Shown one piece after another: positions 12,401 through 23,699 of a DNA stretch of 64,000 nucleotides. Under the pieces are notes generated by a model. That model was not told the origin of the DNA, did no database searches, and saw only the letters and a list, made by a program, of their open reading frames with translations. Origin of the DNA: Eledone cirrhosa. Lineage: Eukaryota. The DNA lies in contig CAXHJY010000277.1 of assembly GCA_964016885.1 (NCBI GenBank), positions 1 through 64,000 of the forward strand, given 5' to 3'. Positions within the stretch are counted from its first letter, which is position 1; each line of letters starts with the position of its first letter. Position numbers and translations under genes: made by a program.

Positions 12401-12687
12401 TAGGAACGAGTAGGACCCCAACGGCTGAGCTCAAGCCGTTTCGACGGCTAATTCTGTCCAGAATTAGCCGTCGAAACGGCTTGAGCTCAGCCGTCGGGGT
12501 CCTACTCGTTCCTATTACCCACTCTACTACCCTAAGTATTGAGTACTTTGGTGCGTTATAGTCCACCTGGTTCCTTACCACATTTCCTAACGGCTTGAGC
12601 TCGTTCCTATTACCCACTCTACTACCTTAAGTATTGAGTACTTTGGTGCGTTATGGTCCACCTAGTTCCTTACCACATTTCCTTCGT

Positions 12688-12689
<2 letters not shown>
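12401..12689 (+). mobile_element. Family A fold-back element with duplicated tail
   Basis: Arms 12401-12456 / 12457-12589; second, internally deleted tail 12590-12689. Confidence 0.85.
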
Positions 12690-12747
<58 letters not shown>

Positions 12748-12753
<6 letters not shown>

Positions 12754-12808
12754 TAACAGATTAAAGTTTAAACAAAGAATCGCTGCTGTCACCCTTAACG
12801 GGTTCTTC
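12748..12808 (-). mobile_element. Family D element fragment (3' part of HHR plus tail)
   Basis: ATAACAGATTAAAGTTTAAACAAAGAATCGCTGCTGTCACCCTTAACGGG. Confidence 0.7.
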
Positions 12809-12821
12809 GTAATGTCCATTA

Positions 12822-12859
12822 CGAGCTGAGGATCCGCTAAGGTGAAACAATTGTTCTCG
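12822..12859 (+). ncRNA. Minimal type I hammerhead ribozyme motif (family G)
   Basis: CGAG-CTGAGGA-T-CC-GCTAA-GG-T-GAAA-CAATTG-TT-CTCG; palindromic stem III ACAATTGT. Confidence 0.8.
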
Positions 12860-12954
12860 GTATGGTGAACTAACTGTTGTCTAACCACTTCTACCTAACT
12901 CGTCCCATGGACTGAGTGCTCTACCACTACGTATATTACCTTCCAGTGTTCTAC

Positions 12955-13014
<60 letters not shown>

Positions 13015-13100
13015 GTAGGTCCCAGGTTGAGTCGGGGATAACCACAGTAAGTAAGGTACTCAATACATGGCAGAGTAAAATTTTTATTTTATAGAATAAG

Positions 13101-13147
13101 CTTCTACAGGACTAGTACTGTTTCATTCAGATGAAATCTTCAGGAAG
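13101..13147 (-). ncRNA. Type I hammerhead ribozyme motif (family E)
   Basis: Minus strand: CTTC-CTGAAGA-T-TTC-ATCT-GAA-T-GAAA-CAG-TACTAGTC-CTG-TA-GAAG. Confidence 0.85.
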
Positions 13148-13172
13148 ATTTCATCTGAATGAAACAGTACTA

Positions 13173-13219
13173 CTTCCTGAAGATTTCATCTGAATGAAAC
13201 AGTACTAGTCCTGTAGAAG
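13173..13219 (+). ncRNA. Type I hammerhead ribozyme motif (family E)
   Basis: CTTC-CTGAAGA-T-TTC-ATCT-GAA-T-GAAA-CAG-TACTAGTC-CTG-TA-GAAG. Confidence 0.85.
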
Positions 13220-13267
13220 CTCCTTCTATAAAATAAAAAAAAAATAAAAAAAATAAAAAAAAATAAA

Positions 13268-13308
<41 letters not shown>

Positions 13309-13419
13309 TAACATACATATATATATACATACATATATACATACCCACATATTTATACATTCACATACATACATACATATATATATACATGCATTCATAT
13401 ACATATAAATATATATATG

Positions 13420-13570
13420 ACCAAAGATTAGTATGGTTCGTTGATTACTCAATGAATACAATTTTACAATTGATTAGATGAGGACGTACTGAAAAAACAT
13501 CAAATATATATAATAAAGTATATATTTTGATTATGAGATATTTTGCATTTGTTAATATTTTGAATAATAT
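13420..13570. mobile_element. Family B element, internally deleted
   Basis: Matches 739-791 and 943-1050 with decayed core. Confidence 0.65.
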
Positions 13571-13637
13571 ATATATATATATATATATAATGAAATGACA
13601 GGAGGCTGGATTTGTGTAAATCCTTGAAAGGTTTATT

Positions 13638-13695
13638 ATACTATGATCATTTCAATGACCGGGTTCCGTATGAATCCGGTGATATTATCAGGTAT
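13638..13695 (-). ncRNA. Hammerhead motif with G8->A core change (probably inactive), separate lineage
   Basis: Minus strand: ATAC-CTGATAA-T-[AT.ACCGG..CCGGT.AT]-T-GAAA-TGATCA-TA-GTAT; palindromic ATGATCAT. Confidence 0.65.
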
Positions 13696-14030
13696 TCGAA
13701 ATATAATACGTGAATGTAATAGGGAAAATCCATGGGGCTGAAAATCGAGACCCGAGGGCGACCGCTATTCTGTTCCTTTAACCTCAGCCGGTCGCCCTGG
13801 AGTGACGTGGCTAAATTTTATAGTATGCTACTACCGGTCAGATAAACGAAAACAGAAAGGGATGGGAGCATAAGTTAACGTCGATCTCATGACACAAGGT
13901 AAAAGAAAGAAAGACAGGAAGGAGAGAGAAGAAGGGGAGAAGAGAAGGAAGGGAAGAGAGAAGTAGAAAAGTAAGGGTTGACCATACGGAATAGACCAGC
14001 TCTATACAGTGGTGAACCTCAAACCTGAAA

Positions 14031-14056
<26 letters not shown>

Positions 14057-14062
<6 letters not shown>

Positions 14063-14392
14063 ATATTAAATAAATGGAAACTATATTTATAAAACCATAT
14101 TTATTTTATTATATATATTTCAAGGGTACCAACACAACATTGGTACGCTTTCATCAGATAAAATACAAAGTTTGTTTTATAAATAGGGACGTACCCATGA
14201 GAATATATACTCTTGAAATATGTACCCTTGAAAAATATATAATAAAATAAATATGGTTTTATGAATATAAATATAATTTCCATTTATTTAATATCATTGA
14301 ATATTTAATCCAGTTAAATGTTGAGTGCTCTAAATCAGTTATAAACATTTATATTTGTCGGACTTCCAACAAATTAAATAGCCCTTATACTT
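14057..14392. mobile_element. Family B fold-back element
   Basis: Inverted arms 14057-14128 / 14222-14299 and tail with GTTGAGTGCT. Confidence 0.8.
14102..14165 (-). ncRNA. Type I hammerhead ribozyme motif (family B)
   Basis: Minus strand: TATTTTAT-CTGATGA-AAG-C-GTACCAA-TGTTGTG-TTGGTAC-C-CTT-GAAA-TATATA-TA-ATAAAATA. Confidence 0.88.
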
Positions 14393-14704
14393 ATATATAT
14401 TTATATGTATATATACATACATATTCACACAAATATATACAAATGCATATGTACGTATACATATATATGTATATTTATATATATATAAATTTAATTATAT
14501 ATAAATATATATATAGGCACACGCATACACACACATACACACATATATATATATATACACACACACATATATACATATATGTGTGTGTGTATATGTGTGT
14601 AATACGTAAGATTACCGCTGCACCTGCTTGCAACGTGCAATGCAGTTAGTGCACTGAGAGGTCATCATCAAAGCTAGCTGTTTATATAGGTTTGTATATA
14701 CAGA

Positions 14705-15675
<971 letters not shown>

Positions 15676-15812
15676 TACGAGTGAGAGATGTCAGTTTATT
15701 TGTACTCCAATCACCCCCTTAAATATTCTCTGACTGCATTTCAATGTACCTCCCGCCCTTACATATTTATATACAAGAAATATGCCTTATATAATTTGGT
15801 GATCTAATTTGT

Positions 15813-15859
<47 letters not shown>

Positions 15860-15905
15860 TGTATATGTGGTTTTATGGGTGTATATGTATACATAAATAT
15901 ATACG

Positions 15906-15939
<34 letters not shown>

Positions 15940-15999
15940 CATATAAATATAAATATATATAAGTATATATATGCATATATCTACATTTATATTTGTGCA

Positions 16000-16057
<58 letters not shown>

Positions 16058-16369
16058 CAGATATATATATATATTCATGCATATATAAATATATAAATTT
16101 ATACATATATCTATATCTATATACACACACACATATATATATATATATTCATGTATATGTAAATATATAAATTTATACATATATATATATATATATACAC
16201 ACACTGAGGAAGGTGTATGTGTGCGCCTGTGTATGTATATATATATGTGTGTGTGGTGTGTGGTGTATGTGTGTCTATATACATATAAGTGTATATGTGT
16301 GTCTATATATACGTAAAAGTGTATGTGTGTGTCTATATATACATAAAAGTGTATGTGTGTGTATATATG

Positions 16370-16404
<35 letters not shown>

Positions 16405-16774
16405 ATATATACATGTATATATACATGTAAGTGTGCGTGTGTATATATCTACATACATATAAGTGTATATGTATGTGTGTTGTCTGATGTCAAACGTTTT
16501 TTTTCTTATTAAATAGCTTCAAAATAATATTTAACTATAATATAATCTTCCCCGGGGGTAAATATTATTTAGTGGAGGAAAAAAAGAATGAATTGAAAAA
16601 AAGTGATTTATACTCAAATTTCTATTTCTTGATAAAATCTTGTACATGTGGGAGCAAATGAAATAAACCTTGTTATTTCATTGGATACCACCTGGTACGA
16701 CATTGGAGAACAGCCTTAGGACGCCTTCTGCATAACGAACATATAGTTAAGTTAATATAGACGCACACACACAC

Positions 16775-16827
<53 letters not shown>

Positions 16828-16891
16828 AATCGTGTGTATGTGTATATTTATATGTATGCATACAAACATCCCTCTTTATCTAACTGTCTCT

Positions 16892-16950
<59 letters not shown>

Positions 16951-17133
16951 CGTGTGTACACACACACACACTTGCAGTGGCATTCTCTATATAAAGGGCT
17001 GAATGAGTTGATGTGCATAACTCATCGAAAGTTAATTGCCTGTATATGTCATTGTTGTAACTATATATATATATATATATACACCCACACACACATACAT
17101 ATATATACACACACACGCATATATATATATATA

Positions 17134-17275
17134 TAACAAAGGAAGTGTGGTAAGGAACCAGATGGACCATAACGCACCAGAGTACTCAACACTTCGAGTA
17201 GTAGCTGAGGTTGTTTCGACAGCTAGATTTGTTCGGGTCTATCAGTCGAAACGGCCGGGGTCCTGACCTTTTCCC

Positions 17276-17277
<2 letters not shown>
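17134..17277. mobile_element. Family A element, variant arm
   Basis: Family A tail followed by GTTTCGAC...GTCGAAACGGCCGGGGTC variant hairpin. Confidence 0.65.
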
Positions 17278-17311
<34 letters not shown>

Positions 17312-17404
17312 AGAGAGAGAGAGAGAATTAATATATAAGGGAACAAAGAAACATTGTTGCATCGTATACATATTTAATTACATATTACACATGTTTCACT
17401 GTTG

Positions 17405-17444
<40 letters not shown>

Positions 17445-17446
<2 letters not shown>

Positions 17447-18007
17447 AACGGAAAATATGAAAGGAAATTTCATTTCCCACTCTTAGTACGGCTGTTACTT
17501 AAATATAAGTATGTATACGTACATACATATATGTATACAGACGTAAAGTAGTATGTATATATATATATATATATATATACATACTACTGTACGTCTGTAT
17601 ACATATATGTATGTACGTGTACATACTTATATTTAAGTAACAGCCGTACTAAGAGTGGGAAATGAAATTTCATTTCATTTTTTCCGTCTATCGTTTTCGG
17701 TGCACCAGGCCGATTAACCCACTCGATATGAAAATTAGGCTGCTCAGCCGTTAATATGCATAAGGAAAGTATATACTTTCGGACGTTCAATCATCTGGCA
17801 GGAAGCTATACGTTGCTGACGATAGCTAATAAGCTTGAAACTAGTACAGCGTGCCTTTGTCAGTGTTGAACAAACGAGCAACGGTGGTTGCTAGACACTA
17901 CGGCTTAATACGGGATGTTTGTTTACAAACACACCGAGCATTATAATAAATGTTCGGTGAATCCATAAGTACATGTATGTGTATATATATATACATACTA
18001 TTGCACG

Positions 18008-18015
<8 letters not shown>
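17445..18015 (+). mobile_element. Family F retrozyme-like element (inverted arm plus 414-nt terminally redundant unit)
   Basis: 17445-17555 inverted relative to 17582-17687; 17582-17601 recurs at 17996-18015; HHR inside. Confidence 0.8.
17810..17852 (+). ncRNA. Minimal type I hammerhead ribozyme motif (family F)
   Basis: ACGTTG-CTGACGA-T-AGCT-AATA-AGCT-T-GAAA-CTAG-TA-CAGCGT; palindromic ACTAGT; predicted cleavage after 17846. Confidence 0.88.
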
Positions 18016-18054
<39 letters not shown>

Positions 18055-18111
18055 GTGAGGGTTTTTTAACAAAATAATTAAAAAATCGGAGGTGTCCTAC
18101 ACGAGTGAAAG

Positions 18112-18354
18112 TATAAAGAAAAAGACATGAAATCGAAAATGCAACTGGAGTCTTATTTTTTTTTTAAATATATATATTTATTTGGTTCCTTTTCAAAAGG
18201 TGAGTCGAGATGGAGGGTCTGTGGTTTTTCTCAAAGAAAAACCACAGACCCTCCATCTCAACTCACCTTTTGAAAAGGAACCAAATAAATATATATATTT
18301 AAAAAAAAAATAAGACTCCAATAGCATTTTCAATTTCATCTCTTTTTCTTTATA
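18112..18354. repeat. Near-perfect inverted repeat, ~120-bp arms, 3-nt loop
   Basis: ...GTGGTTTTTCT-CAA-AGAAAAACCAC... centre at 18232-18234. Confidence 0.9.
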
Positions 18355-18356
18355 TA

Positions 18357-18401
<45 letters not shown>

Positions 18402-18440
18402 ATATATATATATATATATGATGACCTCAACTTGATTTCA

Positions 18441-18628
18441 AATAATTGTTTCTACTTTTGGCACAAGACCAGCAATTACCCAGTGCATTACTGGTACTTT
18501 ATTTTATCGACCCCGTCAGGATGAAAGGCAAAGTTAACCTCGGCGGGATTTTAACTCAGATCATAAAGGGAGGTAACTCTATGCTTCAAAGCATGGCGTC
18601 CGACCCTCTACCGATACTGCCAATCCAC
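18441..18628 (-). mobile_element. tRNA-derived SINE
   Basis: Reverse complement of main SINE. Confidence 0.9.
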
Positions 18629-18664
18629 AATGCTATCGCTTGATAGTTAAGAAGATGTCACCTA

Positions 18665-18961
18665 TCAAGCGATGCCTGTGTTTGAAGCTTTTTGTAAGTG
18701 AGGAAAGGCTTTGCATGGGGCCAACCCCACTCTCTGAACATCGAATACATTTACCCCAAAAGAAGAACTGGTCTCTACATCATTGGATACAAACGAAGTC
18801 GCAGGTTTTACATCAGAGTGACCTTCTCCTTGAGGGATGTCTTAATGAAGACTAGGAGTCTCCCGCTCCACAAAAATAAACATCTTTATTGGATGGCCGT
18901 AGACTCTCCTGAGTTCCTCCGCCCTTGAACGGCTTTTGTGTTTCATCCCGCAGGTTGTCGA
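18665..18961 (-). mobile_element. Diverged partial copy of the RTE-5'UTR-like element
   Basis: ATGCCTGTG..GAAGCTTTT, CCCACTCTCT, AAAAGAAGAAC, ACATCATTGGATAC blocks shared with 47590-48199. Confidence 0.65.
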
Positions 18962-19284
18962 AAAGGCAAAGTTAACCTCATCGGGATTTTGAACTCAGAA
19001 CGTAAAGGGCCGTGTCTCTATGCTGCAAAACATGGTGTCCGACTCTCTACCGATACTGCCCGGTTTCTAATTTAGGCATAAGGCCAGCAATTTGAAAGGG
19101 AGGAGGAAATTCTATTAAATCGACCACAGTTCGTTACTGGTACTTTATTTGAACGACCCCGTAAGGATGAAAGGCAAAGCTAACCCTGGCGGGATTTTGA
19201 ACATCAGAACGTAAAGGGCTGTATCTCTATGCCGCAAAGCCTGTTGTCCGATGCTCTACTAATTCTACTGCCAATCCACCGCCC
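18962..19284 (-). mobile_element. Two adjacent SINE copies (partial plus older full length)
   Basis: SINE head 18962-19040, then 19043-19284. Confidence 0.85.
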
Positions 19285-19476
19285 TTTATACGCAGTCAGT
19301 TTCCTCTATCTACTAAACTAAGACCTGCCAAATGTAATGTCATCACACTAGCTACAGAGGTAGGAGTAATAGCTTAAAGGTGAGAGGGTTGGGTGTAGGA
19401 ATATGTGGAACTACTTTCTAGTCCTTTTCCCTGTGGATATCGGCGGAATAATTGAAGAGATATAGTAGTTTAAGTA

Positions 19477-19664
19477 GTGGATTGGCAGTATCGGTAGAGG
19501 GTCGGACGCCATGCTTTGACGCATAGAGTTACGGCCCTTGCCATTCTGAGTTCAAATCCCACCGAGGTTACCTTTCCCTTTCCTCCTTACAGGGTCGATA
19601 AAATAAAGTACCAGTAATGCACTGGGTATTTGCTGGCCTTGTGCCAAAACTAGAAACAATTATT
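19477..19664 (+). mobile_element. tRNA-derived SINE
   Basis: Full head, core and tail. Confidence 0.9.
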
Positions 19665-19787
19665 AAACATACACACGGCGTTTCACCGTCAGCTATATCA
19701 CTACGCATCACCAGCTTACCGTCACACACATGCGAATATACATATAGAGACTGGCGTACACATACATACAACTATACACACACATAT

Positions 19788-19836
<49 letters not shown>

Positions 19837-19837
<1 letters not shown>

Positions 19838-20216
19838 GAGGGTAATCCCAAAAGTAAGGTTTCCAAAGCGATGGGGACGCAGAGAAACTGTTCGTACGGC
19901 TGTTGGCAACACTACTGTGGTTGGTGCTTCCTTCACTCCCAAACAAGCATGCGCGCGCTTCATTGGGATACTCAATCTTGGCTTGGCAGCCGTTGAGAAT
20001 GGAGCTCCTGTTGAACGCGAATTTCGCGCAGTTATTATATAGAGGGCAATTCCAAAATTGAGGTCTCCTTCCGAGGATAACATGCGTAAAGATCGGCGTA
20101 TCACTCTGGATGCTCTCTGCATTTTGGTTCCTGAGGTTTCCCGAAGCACCATCCACAGGATTTTAACGGAAAAGTTGCAATATCGGAAGGAGTCCTTACT
20201 TTCGGGATTGTCTTCG
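19837..20216 (+). mobile_element. Internally deleted Tc1/mariner transposon (MITE-like)
   Basis: TIRs CGAGGGTAATCCCAAAAGTAAGG / CCTTACTTTCGGGATTGTCTTCG with TA flanks; remnant peptides REFRAVI and EDNMRKDRRITLDALCILVPEVSRSTIHRILTEKLQYRK typical of the mariner HTH region. Confidence 0.88.
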
Positions 20217-20837
20217 TATATATATATATATATATAAAACGGAAGATGTCTGTCTGTGTGTGTGTATGATTTTTATGCATTTCCACATTTCTCTATCGAT
20301 TTTGATGATTTCTTTTCCAATGTGCTCCAAGTTTACCAAGGATGGTCACCGTATAATAAACTTTGCCAAATATGTCCTGCTTCTATGAAAAAAAATCGAT
20401 AAAACTAAATGCATGCTGTAACCCTCTCTCTTACACGCTTATTCACTCTCACTACTACCCTCAAAAATCTATGAAACTACATACATGTTGCAACTCTCTC
20501 TCTATATATATATATCACACACATATACATAAACATCTAAAGAGAGAAAGGGAGATGTAGAGAGAGAGAGAGAGAGAGTGAGATATGTCGTTATACAAAG
20601 AGAGGTACAAGATAATCAGATAGAGAGAGAGAGTGGCGACGAACGCTGGTTCACACACACACATATATATATATAAAGACAGAGAGAGAGAGAGATCTAC
20701 GCGTTCTTTATTGTTCTCCATTCTGTAGAGGAAGCGAGAGAGAGGGTATGAGGAAGAGAGAGAGAGGTGGTATGAGTGGGAGAGAGAGAGAGAAAGAGGG
20801 TATGAGAAAAAAGGGAGAAGGGTTGAGAAAGAAAGAA

Positions 20838-20888
20838 AGTTTAAGCAAAGAATCGCTGCTCTCAACATTAACGGGATCTTCTGAAACT
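20838..20888 (-). ncRNA. Decayed hammerhead motif (family D, CAGAAGA core)
   Basis: Minus strand: AGTTT-CAGAAGA-TCCCGTTAATGTT-GAGA-GCAG..TTGC-TT-AAACT. Confidence 0.55.
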
Positions 20889-21223
20889 AAAAAATTTAAT
20901 CTGTGAACGCAGAATTAAATATTTCGAGAAACGTTGCAACCGAAGGAAAACAGGAAGACGATATTTTGGTTCGTGAAGACGTTCCCTGGCAATGGACGGA
21001 AAAAAGCGAGGATAATACGTCGTTATGTGGACCGAGAAGAACAATTTCATGCAAAGACAAGACCAAGTTTATGGTGTAAATGGAGTCGTTAGACTAATAT
21101 TCTATTTAAAATAACCGAATGATTTCCAGCCCCGGAGTTTAAGAATGATAAAATTGTAAACGAATATAAATAAACGAATATAAATAAAATAAAATTGTAA
21201 ACGAAAATGACAGAGTTTATTAA

Positions 21224-21335
21224 AATAGTTGTTTCTACATTTGCCACAATGTCAGCAATTATCCAGTACATTACTGGTACTTTATTCTATCGACCCCGTA
21301 AGGATGAAAGGCAAAGTTAACCTCGACGGGATTTT
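21224..21335 (-). mobile_element. SINE fragment
   Basis: Core and tail of main SINE. Confidence 0.85.
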
Positions 21336-21885
21336 AACCTTGCCTTAAAATAGTAAAAGTAAATAGTGACGATTTAGGCCAGTACATACGTATGCGCCGA
21401 CGGACATACACATACATACGCACACACAAACACACACGCGCGCGCGCGTATGTATAAACCTTATGCATTTCTACAGTATTTTCACCAAACTTAAAACATA
21501 GGTTACTTATGTACTCAGGGTGGTCATGGCCACTTTCATTTTTCCAGATATTGATTATAGGGCCTCACGGCAGATAACCCCCTTTAACCATTTCCTTGGA
21601 GTCGACTGAAGCACTGCAGTGCAATGCAACAAAACGTCATAACTTCTGGAGTTAGCAACCGATTTTCACAAAACTTGACACATGGGCTACGTTTGTTCTA
21701 CAGATGAATGTGAACTGTCAGAATTGGCACATATTGAGTAGGGGACTTCTGGGGGCAGGAACCCCCTTTTGGAAAAAGCCGATGATTTTGTAAAAGTATA
21801 GTTTTCGAAGCAGCACTGAAGTATTGACATGAATGGTATACATAACTGCTGTTTAATACTCGAGCAACGCCGGGTACCTCTGCTA

Positions 21886-21944
<59 letters not shown>

Positions 21945-22322
21945 AACACACACATATATAAACATACACACACAAACACACATTACACAAATATACACAC
22001 ACATGTACACAAATAAATGCACACACACCTACACATTTACACACACACGTACGCATTTACACATACACACACACACGTACACAAATAAACACACCTACAT
22101 GTGTGTGTGTGTGTACGTGTGGATATAAGCATCCATACATACATATACGCACACATATGAATATGCATACACACATATATAGACGTTCACACAAATGTAT
22201 ATATATATATATATGTGTGTGAGTGTGTATGTCTGTGTTTACATATACACACACACAAAAATGAGCGAAATCCACCTACACACACATACATAAATATATA
22301 ACATCAATTCCACGCACACAAT

Positions 22323-22356
<34 letters not shown>

Positions 22357-22359
<3 letters not shown>

Positions 22360-22530
22360 CGTACAGTAGTATGTGTATATATGCATACATGCACACATGT
22401 TTACAAAACAAACCGAGCATTATAATAAATGTTCGGTAAACCCATACGTACATATATATGAGTGTGCATGTATGTATGCATATACATACTACTGTACGTC
22501 TGTATACATATACGTATGTACGTATACATA
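22357..22530. mobile_element. Family F fragment with fold-back
   Basis: AGACGTACAGTAGTATG arm, ACCGAGCATTATAATAAATGTTCGGT block, inverted TACTACTGTACGTCTG. Confidence 0.65.
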
Positions 22531-22663
22531 GTTATATTTATATATATATACACACACGCACATAAACAATACACACACACATTTTATACCACTCTCAAGT
22601 ATGAAACTAAAAACCATATCATTTGTACTGCTTCTGTTTTTTTTGTTCTCTGTTCATTTATTC

Positions 22664-22707
<44 letters not shown>

Positions 22708-22753
22708 ATATATATATGTATATATATACTGTATATATATATATATATATATA

Positions 22754-22859
<106 letters not shown>

Positions 22860-22938
22860 TGTGTATATGCACATATTGTAAGTACACCGAATTTATTAAA
22901 ATTTATTTTAAAACTTTTTCTCTATTTGCTAGACCTTG

Positions 22939-22988
<50 letters not shown>

Positions 22989-23127
22989 CATATATCTATA
23001 TATATATCATCATTTCATTTTACGTCCGCTTTTTCCCTGCTTGCAAGGGTGGGACAGGAACTGATTCTAGCTCTAATTTTACAGCTGGATGCCCTTCCTA
23101 ACACCAACCTCATTTACAGCTGATTAA

Positions 23128-23245
23128 ACTGGAGCAATGTGGAATAAAGTGTCTTGCTTAAGGAAACAACACATCACCCGGTATGAGGATTGAACTCACA
23201 ACCTTTCAATTGCAAGGCCAATGCTCTCAACCACTAAGCCATGTG

Positions 23246-23248
<3 letters not shown>
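23128..23248 (-). mobile_element. Second tRNA-derived SINE family, head region
   Basis: Minus strand AGGCACATGGCTTAGTGGTTGAGAGC (A box) ... GAGTTCAATCC (B box) ... AGCAAGACACTTTATTCCAC. Confidence 0.8.
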
Positions 23249-23325
<77 letters not shown>

Positions 23326-23561
23326 TACAGACAAAAGAATGAGGGAAATCCACCTACACATATATATATAAATGACATCAATTTCACGCAATCCACACAC
23401 AATCCACGCACACACAATCCACACACACACACACACACACAATCCACACACAATCCACACACACAATACACATGCATTCATTGCATAGGAAGCAGCAGCT
23501 GTCTTGGACATAATTGCAAGCAAATGCAATGCAAGAGAGACCTACTGGGCTTTTCCTGCTC

Positions 23562-23590
23562 TGACGTCACTGCTGCTAGAGGTGACGTCA
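23562..23590. promoter_or_regulatory. Two perfect CRE palindromes (TGACGTCA) 21 bp apart
   Basis: TGACGTCA at 23562-23569 and 23583-23590; function unproven. Confidence 0.3.
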
Positions 23591-23699
23591 CAGCTCAACA
23601 GAAATAGCCGTTGTGAGGTTTTATTTAGCCAACGGTCAAGCGTGGGTAGCAAGTCTTGAAGTGGCCTGAGGTGATTTCTCTCTCTTACTGTTATTGATA

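Larger units (their letters stand above)
13018..13235. mobile_element. Family E fold-back element with internal partial duplication
   Basis: Antisense tail plus HHR, partial sense copy, then full sense HHR. Confidence 0.8.
20225..21886 (+). mobile_element. Probable non-autonomous Helitron with nested insertions
   Basis: 5' TATAAAACGGAAGATGTCTGTCTG start, internal CCGATTTTCACAAAACTTG motif, 3' CTCGAGCAACGCCGGG hairpin followed by CTAG|T at 21883-21887; assignment of both ends to one copy is uncertain. Confidence 0.55.
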
